From: Candidatus Omnitrophota bacterium
GTDB taxonomy: Bacteria > Omnitrophota > Gorgyraeia > Gygaellales > Profunditerraquicolaceae
Reading direction: 5' to 3'
Assembly (NCBI GenBank): GCA_028712375.1
Contig: JAQTQG010000003.1
Span: 14,619-78,618, forward strand
DNA length: 64,000 nucleotides
Under the pieces are notes generated by a model. That model saw nothing but the letters and a program-made list of their open reading frames with translations. It searched no databases and had not been told where the DNA came from. Made by a program: the position numbers and the translations under genes. Positions 56,866 to 64,000 of this stretch are shown here, one piece after another; positions within the stretch are counted from its first letter, which is position 1, and the number at the start of each line of letters is the position of its first letter.

Positions 56866-57788
56866 GCTTTCAGTTTCCCGGTAAGCTGGTTTAAATTCTG
56901 CATATTATTACTCATCAGGTACTGCTGCAACTCGGCAATAATCTGCAGGCTGGATTGGGGATTAATAAAATTCGCCGTCCCCACACTGATTGCCGTAGCC
57001 CCGGCAATAAAAAATTCCAGCGCGCTATCAATGTCCATTATACCACCCATCCCAATTATGGGAATCTTAATCTTATTATACGCCTCCCAAATCATTTTTA
57101 CCGCAACCGGACGGATTGCCGGGCCGCTTAATCCCCCCACCCAGGCACCTAATTTAGGAACGCGCTTCTTTACATCTATACTCATACCGCCAAGCGTATT
57201 AATTAAAGACACCGCATCTGCTCCGGCACTTTCAGCTGCCAAGGCTATCTCGGAGATAGAAGTCACATTGGGCGATAACTTAACAATTAAACATTTATCT
57301 GTAAGCTTGCGCGCTGCGCTCACTGCTTCCAGGGTGGCCTGGGAATCCTGAGAAATTAATCTTTTCTTTTGCAGGTTGGGACAGGAGATGTTTAATTCTA
57401 TTGCGGAGACCTCACGCACCGGCTCCAACTGTTTAATTAAAACTTCGAATTCATCCGGAGTTTCTTCTGCGGCAATACTCACAACCACCGGAACACCTAA
57501 TTTCTTAAGAAAAGAAAACTTTTTCTGAAGGAATTTATTTATGCCGGGGTTTTCCAGGCCGATAGAATTAAGCATGCCGGCCGGAGTCTCACAAGTACGC
57601 GGAGCAATGTTCCCTTGGCGCGGGCGGACAGTAATCGTTTTAGTAACAATCGCCCCCAGCTTTTTTAAATCCAATAAACTCTTAAACTCCTCGGCATAAC
57701 CGAATGTGCCGGAAGCAACCATTACCGGATTTTTTAGCTCCAGGCTGCCTATTTTTACATTTAAATTCGGCTTTTTCTTCTTTACCAT
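56853..57788 (-). CDS. pyrD: dihydroorotate dehydrogenase (class 1B catalytic subunit)
   Basis: LELKNPVMVASGTFGYAEEF, NISCPN and TANFINP motifs. Confidence 0.85.
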   Translation of the reverse strand: MVKKKKPNLNVKIGSLELKNPVMVASGTFGYAEEFKSLLDLKKLGAIVTKTITVRPRQGNIAPRTCETPAGMLNSIGLENPGINKFLQKKFSFLKKLGVPVVVSIAAEETPDEFEVLIKQLEPVREVSAIELNISCPNLQKKRLISQDSQATLEAVSAARKLTDKCLIVKLSPNVTSISEIALAAESAGADAVSLINTLGGMSIDVKKRVPKLGAWVGGLSGPAIRPVAVKMIWEAYNKIKIPIIGMGGIMDIDSALEFFIAGATAISVGTANFINPQSSLQIIAELQQYLMSNNMQNLNQLTGKLKACKD

Positions 57789-58558
57789 GCCAATTCCTCG
57801 CTGCCAAAAACCGGGCCGTCTTTACAAACACTCTTATAACCGGTTTTAGTTAGAATTTCACAACCCAGGCATGCTCCCACCCCGCAAGCCATATGCGCCT
57901 CCAAAGAAAGCTGAGCCGGAATTTTATTTTCACAGGCAATCCGAGCAACAGCCTTGAGCATCGGCTGCGGTCCGCAAGAAAATAAAGATCCGGGCTTAAC
58001 CTGCCCCAGGACAATATTTAATAAATCCGTTACTCTTCCTTTAAACCCTGCCGAGCCATCATCGGTCGCTATTTTTATCGCGCATCCCAAAGCCTTAAAC
58101 TCCTGCAGACAAAGAATTTGTTTCTTAGTCGCCGCTCCAATCAAAACTAACGGTTTACTTAATTTTAATTTTTCCGCTAAAAAAACCAGCGGTGCTACCC
58201 CCATGCCTCCGGCTACTATAATATTTTTATGCTGGCCGGACTTATCCGGGCGCAAACAATCAAAACCGTGCCCCAGCGGGCCAATAATATCCAAAAATTC
58301 TCCCGGTCTTCTTTGCGATAAAATCTGCGTACCTTTGCCGATAATCTCATAAATAATTTTCACTTTTGAACCGCTTACTCCGTGTATGCTAATCGGCCTT
58401 CTCAATAAAGGGTCCCAGGTATTATTGACCTTGATATTCACAAACTGGCCCGGTTGTGCCTGTTGAGCAATGACGGTAGATTCAAATTCCAAATGCCCAT
58501 AATTACCGTTGCGCCTTTGGTTAGAAATTATCCTGGCTTTTATCTGTTTTGCTTTCAT
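57782..58558 (-). CDS. pyrK: dihydroorotate dehydrogenase electron-transfer subunit
   Basis: FAD/NAD-binding fold with a C-terminal 2Fe-2S loop CGVGACLGC. Confidence 0.8.
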   Translation of the reverse strand: MKAKQIKARIISNQRRNGNYGHLEFESTVIAQQAQPGQFVNIKVNNTWDPLLRRPISIHGVSGSKVKIIYEIIGKGTQILSQRRPGEFLDIIGPLGHGFDCLRPDKSGQHKNIIVAGGMGVAPLVFLAEKLKLSKPLVLIGAATKKQILCLQEFKALGCAIKIATDDGSAGFKGRVTDLLNIVLGQVKPGSLFSCGPQPMLKAVARIACENKIPAQLSLEAHMACGVGACLGCEILTKTGYKSVCKDGPVFGSEELAW

Positions 58559-59330
58559 TTTTTTTATATGTGCACTGGCTGAGTAAAATTACAAAAATTA
58601 TAAATAAAACAAAGGTTAAAAATAGCCACACCGACTGTTGCAGATAAACCCGAAAACCTTCCCTGGCAATATCCTCCCAGGACTCTACCAATAAAGTAAG
58701 CAAAAGAAGCGTTAAAATGGAACCTATTTCTTTCTTAAACCAAGCTATTTTTATCGGCAGATAATCAACAATATCAAGCCTGACAAGGCTGGGTAGTGAA
58801 GGGAATATCCGGGGGACTTTGCGGCAATATTCCGGGTAGCTTTGCGGAAACATCCTGCGCAGTTTATTTTCTTCTTTATAAATAAGCAGGATATAGCGAA
58901 TAATAAACACGGCGATAAAAATTACTATTGCCCACCACTTGAATATCGCCAGCACCACTCCTAACCCGATCAAAAATATGCCTAGATACATCGGGTTGCG
59001 CACCATCTGATACGGCCCTCCTTGGATTAATGCCTGGCTATCCTGAGAATGCTCCGCTTTATATCCCCGGGCCGAAACCCGGATAACCTGGCCTAAGAGG
59101 ATAAGCGCAAACCCCAAAACTTCTAAAATCTCTTCTTGCATACTGCCGGAATAAACCCGCAGGAAAATTTTTGGTGAAAACACTATTACCAAAGCAGCAC
59201 AAGCCATAATAATACCGTTAATTTTAAGGCGTTTTTTCAATTTACTTTCCTTTCTAAAAACCCGCTCAACTTTAAACAAATCACACCTGGCACTTGGGGC
59301 AAAAATATGTGCCCCTTCCCCCCTGGACAA
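58521..59330 (-). CDS. ICMT/PEMT-family membrane methyltransferase
   Basis: GPYQMVRNPMYLGIFLIGLGVVL matches the isoprenylcysteine carboxyl-MTase RNPMY motif. Multiple TM helices. Confidence 0.6.
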   Translation of the reverse strand: MSRGEGAHIFAPSARCDLFKVERVFRKESKLKKRLKINGIIMACAALVIVFSPKIFLRVYSGSMQEEILEVLGFALILLGQVIRVSARGYKAEHSQDSQALIQGGPYQMVRNPMYLGIFLIGLGVVLAIFKWWAIVIFIAVFIIRYILLIYKEENKLRRMFPQSYPEYCRKVPRIFPSLPSLVRLDIVDYLPIKIAWFKKEIGSILTLLLLTLLVESWEDIAREGFRVYLQQSVWLFLTFVLFIIFVILLSQCTYKKNESKTDKSQDNF

Positions 59331-60123
59331 TTCTTTCTACCGGCCTTGAACAGACAAAACAAGGCTTACCTTCCCGGCCATAAACCTGATGGAATCGCCC
59401 ATAGTCTCCATTTTTTCCGGAAACCCGCACATAATCATCCACGGAAGAGCCGCCATGCTTAATTGCGCTTTTTAATACTGCCTGCATATGTTTATAAAGA
59501 AGGGCTTGCTCTTTTTCTTTTAAACTTTGCGCTGGCCGCCGGGGATCAATTCTGGCATGGAACAGAATTTCTGCGGCATAAATATTGCCAATTCCGGCAA
59601 TAAATGATTGATCCATCAACAAAGGCTTTATTCCGGTTTTTCTTTTTAAAAGCATATCTTTAAAAGCAGAATAAGTCAAATCAAATGGTTCCGGCCCAAG
59701 TCTTTGAATAAACCCCATTTCCTGCCAATCATCAAGCAGACGCAGTTCCGCAAATAAACGCTGATCATTAAAATCCAGAACCCGGTCGCCGCTAAGATAA
59801 AAAGTCACCCGGCTGTCAGTTTTTACAGATGAGCCGGTGATATCTGATAATTTATTTTTAACTGCGGTTGTACGCAACACAAGCTGGCCGGTCATTTTAA
59901 AATGCACGGTCAGAAATTTGCCGTTAGACAGCTCCAGGATTAACAGCTTACCCCGGCGCAACATACGTTTTATACTCAACCCCTCCAAGGATTTTTTAAA
60001 TACCGCCGGAGACGGTTGGCGAATTACTTTAGGGTTATTAATCAGCACGCGGATGATCTTGGCGCCACAAACGGCTTTCTCTAAATCACTTTTGATCGTC
60101 TGGACTTCCGGCAGCTCTGGCAT
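59281..60123 (-). CDS. mutM: formamidopyrimidine-DNA glycosylase (Fpg/Nei family)
   Basis: N-terminal MPELPEVQT (Pro2, Glu3), H2TH domain and C-terminal zinc finger CFVCSRPVERIVQGGRGTYFCPKCQ. Confidence 0.85.
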   Translation of the reverse strand: MPELPEVQTIKSDLEKAVCGAKIIRVLINNPKVIRQPSPAVFKKSLEGLSIKRMLRRGKLLILELSNGKFLTVHFKMTGQLVLRTTAVKNKLSDITGSSVKTDSRVTFYLSGDRVLDFNDQRLFAELRLLDDWQEMGFIQRLGPEPFDLTYSAFKDMLLKRKTGIKPLLMDQSFIAGIGNIYAAEILFHARIDPRRPAQSLKEKEQALLYKHMQAVLKSAIKHGGSSVDDYVRVSGKNGDYGRFHQVYGREGKPCFVCSRPVERIVQGGRGTYFCPKCQV

Positions 60124-60131
60124 AATTTAAC

Positions 60132-61832
60132 CTATTTGGCTTTTTTACATTTCATTTTATGATACTCTTGCAATGATTTTACACCCAGGTCCTTCTTCGC
60201 CAGCATCTCTATGCCATTAACGGTAGCCTGTGCCCCAAAAATGGTAGTAGTATAAGGTATATTATAAAGAATAACTTGGGAACGGATTTTTACTTCATCC
60301 TGCCGGGGAATTCTGCCCGAGGGAGTATTAATCACCATCTGGATTTTGCCATCCTTCATTAAATCCAGGATATTCGGGCGTCCTTCGCTAATTTTCGGCA
60401 AGACCTTAGCAGGTATATTATTTTTTTCTAAAACCGAGGCTGTACCGCTGGAGGCAAAAATCTTAAAACCCAGGTCCTTTAATTTTTTGGCGATAAAAAC
60501 TATATCCCGCTTATCCCGGTCGTGCACCGAGATAAACACATTGCCATTCTTGGGAACTTTTTGCCCGGCGGCAATCTGGCTTTTAATGTAAGCGCTGGCA
60601 AAATCCATATCAATTCCCATAACTTCTCCGGTAGACTTCATCTCCGGCCCCAACATCACATCCACCCCCGGAAACCGGTTAAAAGGAAACACGGACTCTT
60701 TCACAGCCACATACGGCGGAATAATTTCTTCGGTAAAGCCTAAACTTTTCAGCTTTTTACCCATCATCACTTTCGTTGCCAATTTAGCCAAAGGAACACC
60801 GATAACTTTGGAAACTAAGGGCACAGTACGCGAGGCGCGCGGGTTAACTTCTAAAACATAAATCTTGGCATCTTTTACTGCATACTGCACATTCATTAAA
60901 CCAATAATATTTAGTTCTTTCGCTAACCTATAGGTAGCTTCCCTTAGCTTTTTCAAAATCTCCGGGTCCAGTGTGTACGTAGGAAGAGACATGGCCGCAT
61001 CCCCTGAGTGTACGCCGGCCTGTTCGATATGCTCCATAATTCCGCCAATAACAAAAGTTTCCCCGTCTCCGATCAAATCCACATCTATCTCAATCGCATC
61101 TTCCAAAAATTTATCAATCAATATCGGATGCTCACCGGATACTTCCGCCGCCTCATGAATAAACCTTTCCAACAGTTCCTGATCATAGACGATTTCCATT
61201 GCCCGCCCGCCCAATACATATGATGGCCTGACCAATACCGGATAACCGATATTATTGGCGACCTTTTGTGCTTCAGCAAAAGTAAACACTGTACCGCTAA
61301 CCGGCTGTAAAAGACCGAGTTTTTCAATCATTTGCTTAAAACGCTTGCGATCTTCCGCAATATCAATATTGTCGGAACTGGTGCCTAAAATATTTACTCC
61401 TGCCTGGCGTAAAGCTACCGCTAGGTTGATTGGAGTTTGCCCGCCAAATTGCACAATAACGCCCAGGGGCTTCTCTATTTCAATAATATTCATAATATCT
61501 TCAAAAGTCAGGGGTTCAAAATAAAGGCGGTCGGAAGTATCGTAATCCGTGGAAACAGTTTCCGGATTACAATTTACCATAATACTATCCACCCCTTCTT
61601 CCTTAAGCGCATAAGCCGCATGGCAGCAACAATAATCAAACTCAATACCTTGCCCAATTCTATTCGGACCACCACCCAAAATTATCACTTTTTTATTGTT
61701 GGCTTCTTTTGTAGCATAAAAATGTGGCTGCATAACAGCGGGTTTTGGGGAACGCAAACCCCTTATTGCATCTGTAGTTCTTATTTTTCTTTTTTTGTGC
61801 TGCTGTTTCACTTTTACCTCCTTAAGACACAA
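60132..61832 (-). CDS. carB: carbamoyl-phosphate synthase large subunit, C-terminal half only (second ATP-grasp + MGS-like domain)
   Basis: 566 aa. VIILGGGPNRIGQGIEFDYCCCHAAYALKEEG...MVNCNPETVSTDYDTSDRLYFEP corresponds to CarB residues ~555-1073 of full-length enzymes. Confidence 0.8.
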   Translation of the reverse strand: MCLKEVKVKQQHKKRKIRTTDAIRGLRSPKPAVMQPHFYATKEANNKKVIILGGGPNRIGQGIEFDYCCCHAAYALKEEGVDSIMVNCNPETVSTDYDTSDRLYFEPLTFEDIMNIIEIEKPLGVIVQFGGQTPINLAVALRQAGVNILGTSSDNIDIAEDRKRFKQMIEKLGLLQPVSGTVFTFAEAQKVANNIGYPVLVRPSYVLGGRAMEIVYDQELLERFIHEAAEVSGEHPILIDKFLEDAIEIDVDLIGDGETFVIGGIMEHIEQAGVHSGDAAMSLPTYTLDPEILKKLREATYRLAKELNIIGLMNVQYAVKDAKIYVLEVNPRASRTVPLVSKVIGVPLAKLATKVMMGKKLKSLGFTEEIIPPYVAVKESVFPFNRFPGVDVMLGPEMKSTGEVMGIDMDFASAYIKSQIAAGQKVPKNGNVFISVHDRDKRDIVFIAKKLKDLGFKIFASSGTASVLEKNNIPAKVLPKISEGRPNILDLMKDGKIQMVINTPSGRIPRQDEVKIRSQVILYNIPYTTTIFGAQATVNGIEMLAKKDLGVKSLQEYHKMKCKKAK

Positions 61833-62019
61833 AACTAGCGGTGATCAAACCTTTAACCTTGCAATCAAACAACTTTTTATTTATCCGCCATATTCACTCC
61901 ACTTATACCAACTTTATGAAGCAATAAAACCACCCTAACCACAATTTATCCTAAATTATAGAGTCTACACTCCACTTATACAGAAACTGCTCTCTACTAC
62001 ATGCTGAATATGATTTTAT

Positions 62020-62091
62020 TGCCCCTGACAGGAGTCGAACCTGTACCACTAGCTCCGGAGGCTAGTGCGCTATCCATTGCGCTACAGGGGC
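62020..62091 (-). tRNA. tRNA-Arg (anticodon CCG), CCA not encoded
   Basis: Reverse complement GCCCCTGTAGCGCAATGGATAGCGCACTAGCCTCCGGAGCTAGTGGTACAGGTTCGACTCCTGTCAGGGGCA. Anticodon loop CTCCGGA. Confidence 0.75.
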
Positions 62092-62100
62092 ATCAATAAT

Positions 62101-63342
62101 TTAAAAAAGCTTCAGTTGTTCTTCGTTTTTAACCGCAGGCGCTTCCTCAAACACGGAAACTACACCATATTCACCGTCATAACCAGGCTTTATATTAACT
62201 TTACCTTGGCGTGCCAACATAACTCCTTCAATAATTTTAGGAGGGAGCCCTCCTTTAAGCAATTCTTCATGAGAAGCTTTAAGCAAAATTTCAAACTCTG
62301 TACCAAACTTGCTTAAGTAATAAAGATAATCTCTTTCCACCCCTACCGCGGACTTGCCCAGTCCTTTTGCCGAAGCAATAATTTCATCCAAAGGAATCAA
62401 ATTTTTAAAAGGAATGGCGTTTTGCGGTTTAAACCCTTCCGGACGATCCGCTAATGCTTCCACGCGGTTAGCTACACCCACCGTAACGGATTTGCCGCAC
62501 TTAGGGCATTTTCCGTTATGCTGCCGGGTTTCCCTGGGCGGCCAACAAATTCCGCAAAGCCGGTGCCCGTCAAAATGATATTTTCCCTCTTCGGGGAAAA
62601 ACTCAATTGTATACAAAAATTTTTCCCGATCTTTATCTTTTAACACCTGGCGGATTGTCTGATAATCTAAGGCGCAATTAAAAACATTGGCTTCCCTGCC
62701 AATCTTCTGCGGTGAATGTGAATCGCTATTAGAAATCAAGGTAAATTTATCCAAAGCACTCAACCTCCAATTCATCTCCGGATCTGAAGATAGCCCTGTT
62801 TCCAGGGCGAATATTTTGGAGGTCTGATCCTCGAAGCAATCTTCAATTTTATCAAATCCGGACATTGAACCAAACAGGCTAAACCAGGGCGTCCAGATAT
62901 GCCCCGGGATAACCATGCAATTTTCGTCAATGTCAAAAACGATCCGCGCCAGTTCCGCGGCGTCCAGGCCGATAATCGGACGGCCGTCACTGGCTAAATT
63001 TGCACCCCGGCGGGAAAGAGTATTATTAATCTTATCTACAGTAGCAAAAGAAGGGGCGAAAATAAGATTATGAATACGGTACCCTTTGCCTGCCTTAGAA
63101 TAAATACTGCTGATTTCCGCAGTAAGTATAAAATTAATCCCGGCGTGTTTAAACAAACCGTTGCCGCAGTCTTCTAAATTATGCTTTAATTCCTCCAGCC
63201 ATAAATGGTGCGTAAAATCACCGGTACCCATTAAGCTGATGCCTTTTAGTTTCGCCCACTGCGCTAAGTGAACAATATCCATATCCCGGCTGGTTGCCCG
63301 CGAGTATTTGGAATGAATATGAAAATCCGCAATGAATTCCAT
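62101..63342 (-). CDS. PHP-domain protein with Zn ribbon, endonuclease Q-like (TIGR00375 family)
   Basis: N-terminal ADFHIHSKYSRATSRDMD PHP metal-binding motif, later H/D clusters, and CPKCGK...C zinc ribbon. Confidence 0.55.
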   Translation of the reverse strand: MEFIADFHIHSKYSRATSRDMDIVHLAQWAKLKGISLMGTGDFTHHLWLEELKHNLEDCGNGLFKHAGINFILTAEISSIYSKAGKGYRIHNLIFAPSFATVDKINNTLSRRGANLASDGRPIIGLDAAELARIVFDIDENCMVIPGHIWTPWFSLFGSMSGFDKIEDCFEDQTSKIFALETGLSSDPEMNWRLSALDKFTLISNSDSHSPQKIGREANVFNCALDYQTIRQVLKDKDREKFLYTIEFFPEEGKYHFDGHRLCGICWPPRETRQHNGKCPKCGKSVTVGVANRVEALADRPEGFKPQNAIPFKNLIPLDEIIASAKGLGKSAVGVERDYLYYLSKFGTEFEILLKASHEELLKGGLPPKIIEGVMLARQGKVNIKPGYDGEYGVVSVFEEAPAVKNEEQLKLF

Positions 63343-63344
63343 GC

Positions 63345-64000
63345 TTAGCTCTTATATATTATTTTACCGTTATAAATAGTATACTCCACCAAACCTTTTA
63401 CCTTTCTTCCGATAAAGGGTGAGTTTTTGGATTTAGAAACAATGCTTTTTTTATCCAGAATAAATTCTTTGCCTGCGTCTATAACAATTACATCTGCATC
63501 AGCCCCTACGGTTAAGGTCCCTTTGTTGATCCCCAATATCTTTGCCGGGTTAAGCGCCAAGCTGCTAACTAATTCCTGCCAGCTTAAAATATTTTTATCA
63601 ATTAATTCCATAATACTCACTGCCAGCCCGGATTCAAGTCCAATTTTGCCGAATTCCGCGCGGTCAAACTCAATATCTTTTTCATTTTCCGTATGCGGGG
63701 CATGGTCGGAAGCGATTACATCTATCACCATATTTTTTAATCCGGTTTTTATTGCGGACACATCCTGCTTAGTCCTTAAGGGCGGATTAATTTTCATATT
63801 TGTATCATAATCAATAATGTCTTCGTCAGTTAGGGCAAAATAATGCGGGGCAGTCTCGCAGGTAATCTTAACTTTTCTTTTTTTAGCCGCGGCAATTATC
63901 TCTACCGATTCCCTGCAGCTAACGTGCGCAATATGCACGCTAGCTGCACATTTTTCCGCCAGCTCAATATCGCGGATGATTCTTGTATATTCTGATTCAT
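63345..64000 (-). CDS. pyrC: dihydroorotase, C-terminal part (gene continues past window end)
   Basis: HIAHVS...ETAPHY..LTDEDI...IASDHAPH...GADADVIVID are amidohydrolase/PyrC motifs. The frame remains open to the window edge. Confidence 0.75.
   Translation of the reverse strand, partial: ESEYTRIIRDIELAEKCAASVHIAHVSCRESVEIIAAAKKRKVKITCETAPHYFALTDEDIIDYDTNMKINPPLRTKQDVSAIKTGLKNMVIDVIASDHAPHTENEKDIEFDRAEFGKIGLESGLAVSIMELIDKNILSWQELVSSLALNPAKILGINKGTLTVGADADVIVIDAGKEFILDKKSIVSKSKNSPFIGRKVKGLVEYTIYNGKIIYKS

Noticed and set aside
1-64000. CRISPR arrays, rRNA genes, phage structural or conjugation genes
   Set aside because: Looked for regularly spaced short repeats and for capsid, terminase, relaxase or T4SS motifs. 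None found. The only tandem repeats are the iteron-like cluster at 20294-20385 and the TPR-encoding units.

Overview
This is a bacterial chromosomal segment, almost entirely coding, with most genes on the minus strand. All calls below come from reading the ORF translations against remembered family motifs; no database search was run.

Backbone, left to right:
- A DUF212 (PAP2-like) membrane protein and a coiled-coil membrane protein.
- A comM/yifB (Mg-chelatase-like AAA+) gene split in two by a ~19.2 kb insertion. The 5' fragment ends ...NLAPSDIKK at ~1736 and the 3' fragment resumes SDIKKEGACFDL... at ~20963. An imperfect 14-bp direct repeat GATATCAA[G/A]AAAGA sits at both junctions.
- A TMTC-like GT-C/TPR membrane protein, a PKD lipoprotein, folE, mnmE, folC, purH, and a YchF-like protein lacking its G-domain.
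- A kamA (lysine 2,3-aminomutase) gene preceded by two tandem Ddl-like ATP-grasp ligases.
- HAD hydrolase, PAC2, M20 peptidase, an Nth-like glycosylase, a PilZ fusion, a DnaQ-WYL fusion, DUF2156, YkgJ and a CsaA-like tRNA-binding protein.
- An outer-membrane beta-barrel protein, then tRNA-Asp and tRNA-Val.
- Two tandem paralogous SGNH-hydrolase/TPR proteins that share a 237-bp identical 5' segment.
- A compact V/A-type ATPase operon (E-?-A-B-D-I-K) directly downstream of pyrimidine genes (half-size carB, fpg, ICMT-like, pyrK, pyrD, pyrF).
- tRNA-Arg, an EndoQ-like PHP protein and a partial pyrC.

The inserted element (1737-20962) carries:
- A large serine recombinase abutting the left end, with a MerR-like gene next to it.
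- Two zinc-ribbon membrane proteins, an XRE regulator and a zinc-ribbon/Xis-HTH protein.
- A candidate defense operon: an unknown 436-aa protein, a Cas4-like Fe-S PD-(D/E)xK nuclease, an OLD-family ABC-ATPase/TOPRIM nuclease, a small coupled ORF and an HNH-DGQHR (DndB/ParB-like) fusion.
- A putative Type II R-M pair with a DUF1156-like alpha-class DNA methyltransferase.
- A minimal tyrosine recombinase.
- A classic-clade AAA ATPase with a Cys-rich partner.
- An iteron-like repeat cluster next to a Rep-like winged-helix gene.

No CRISPR array, rRNA or phage structural genes were seen.
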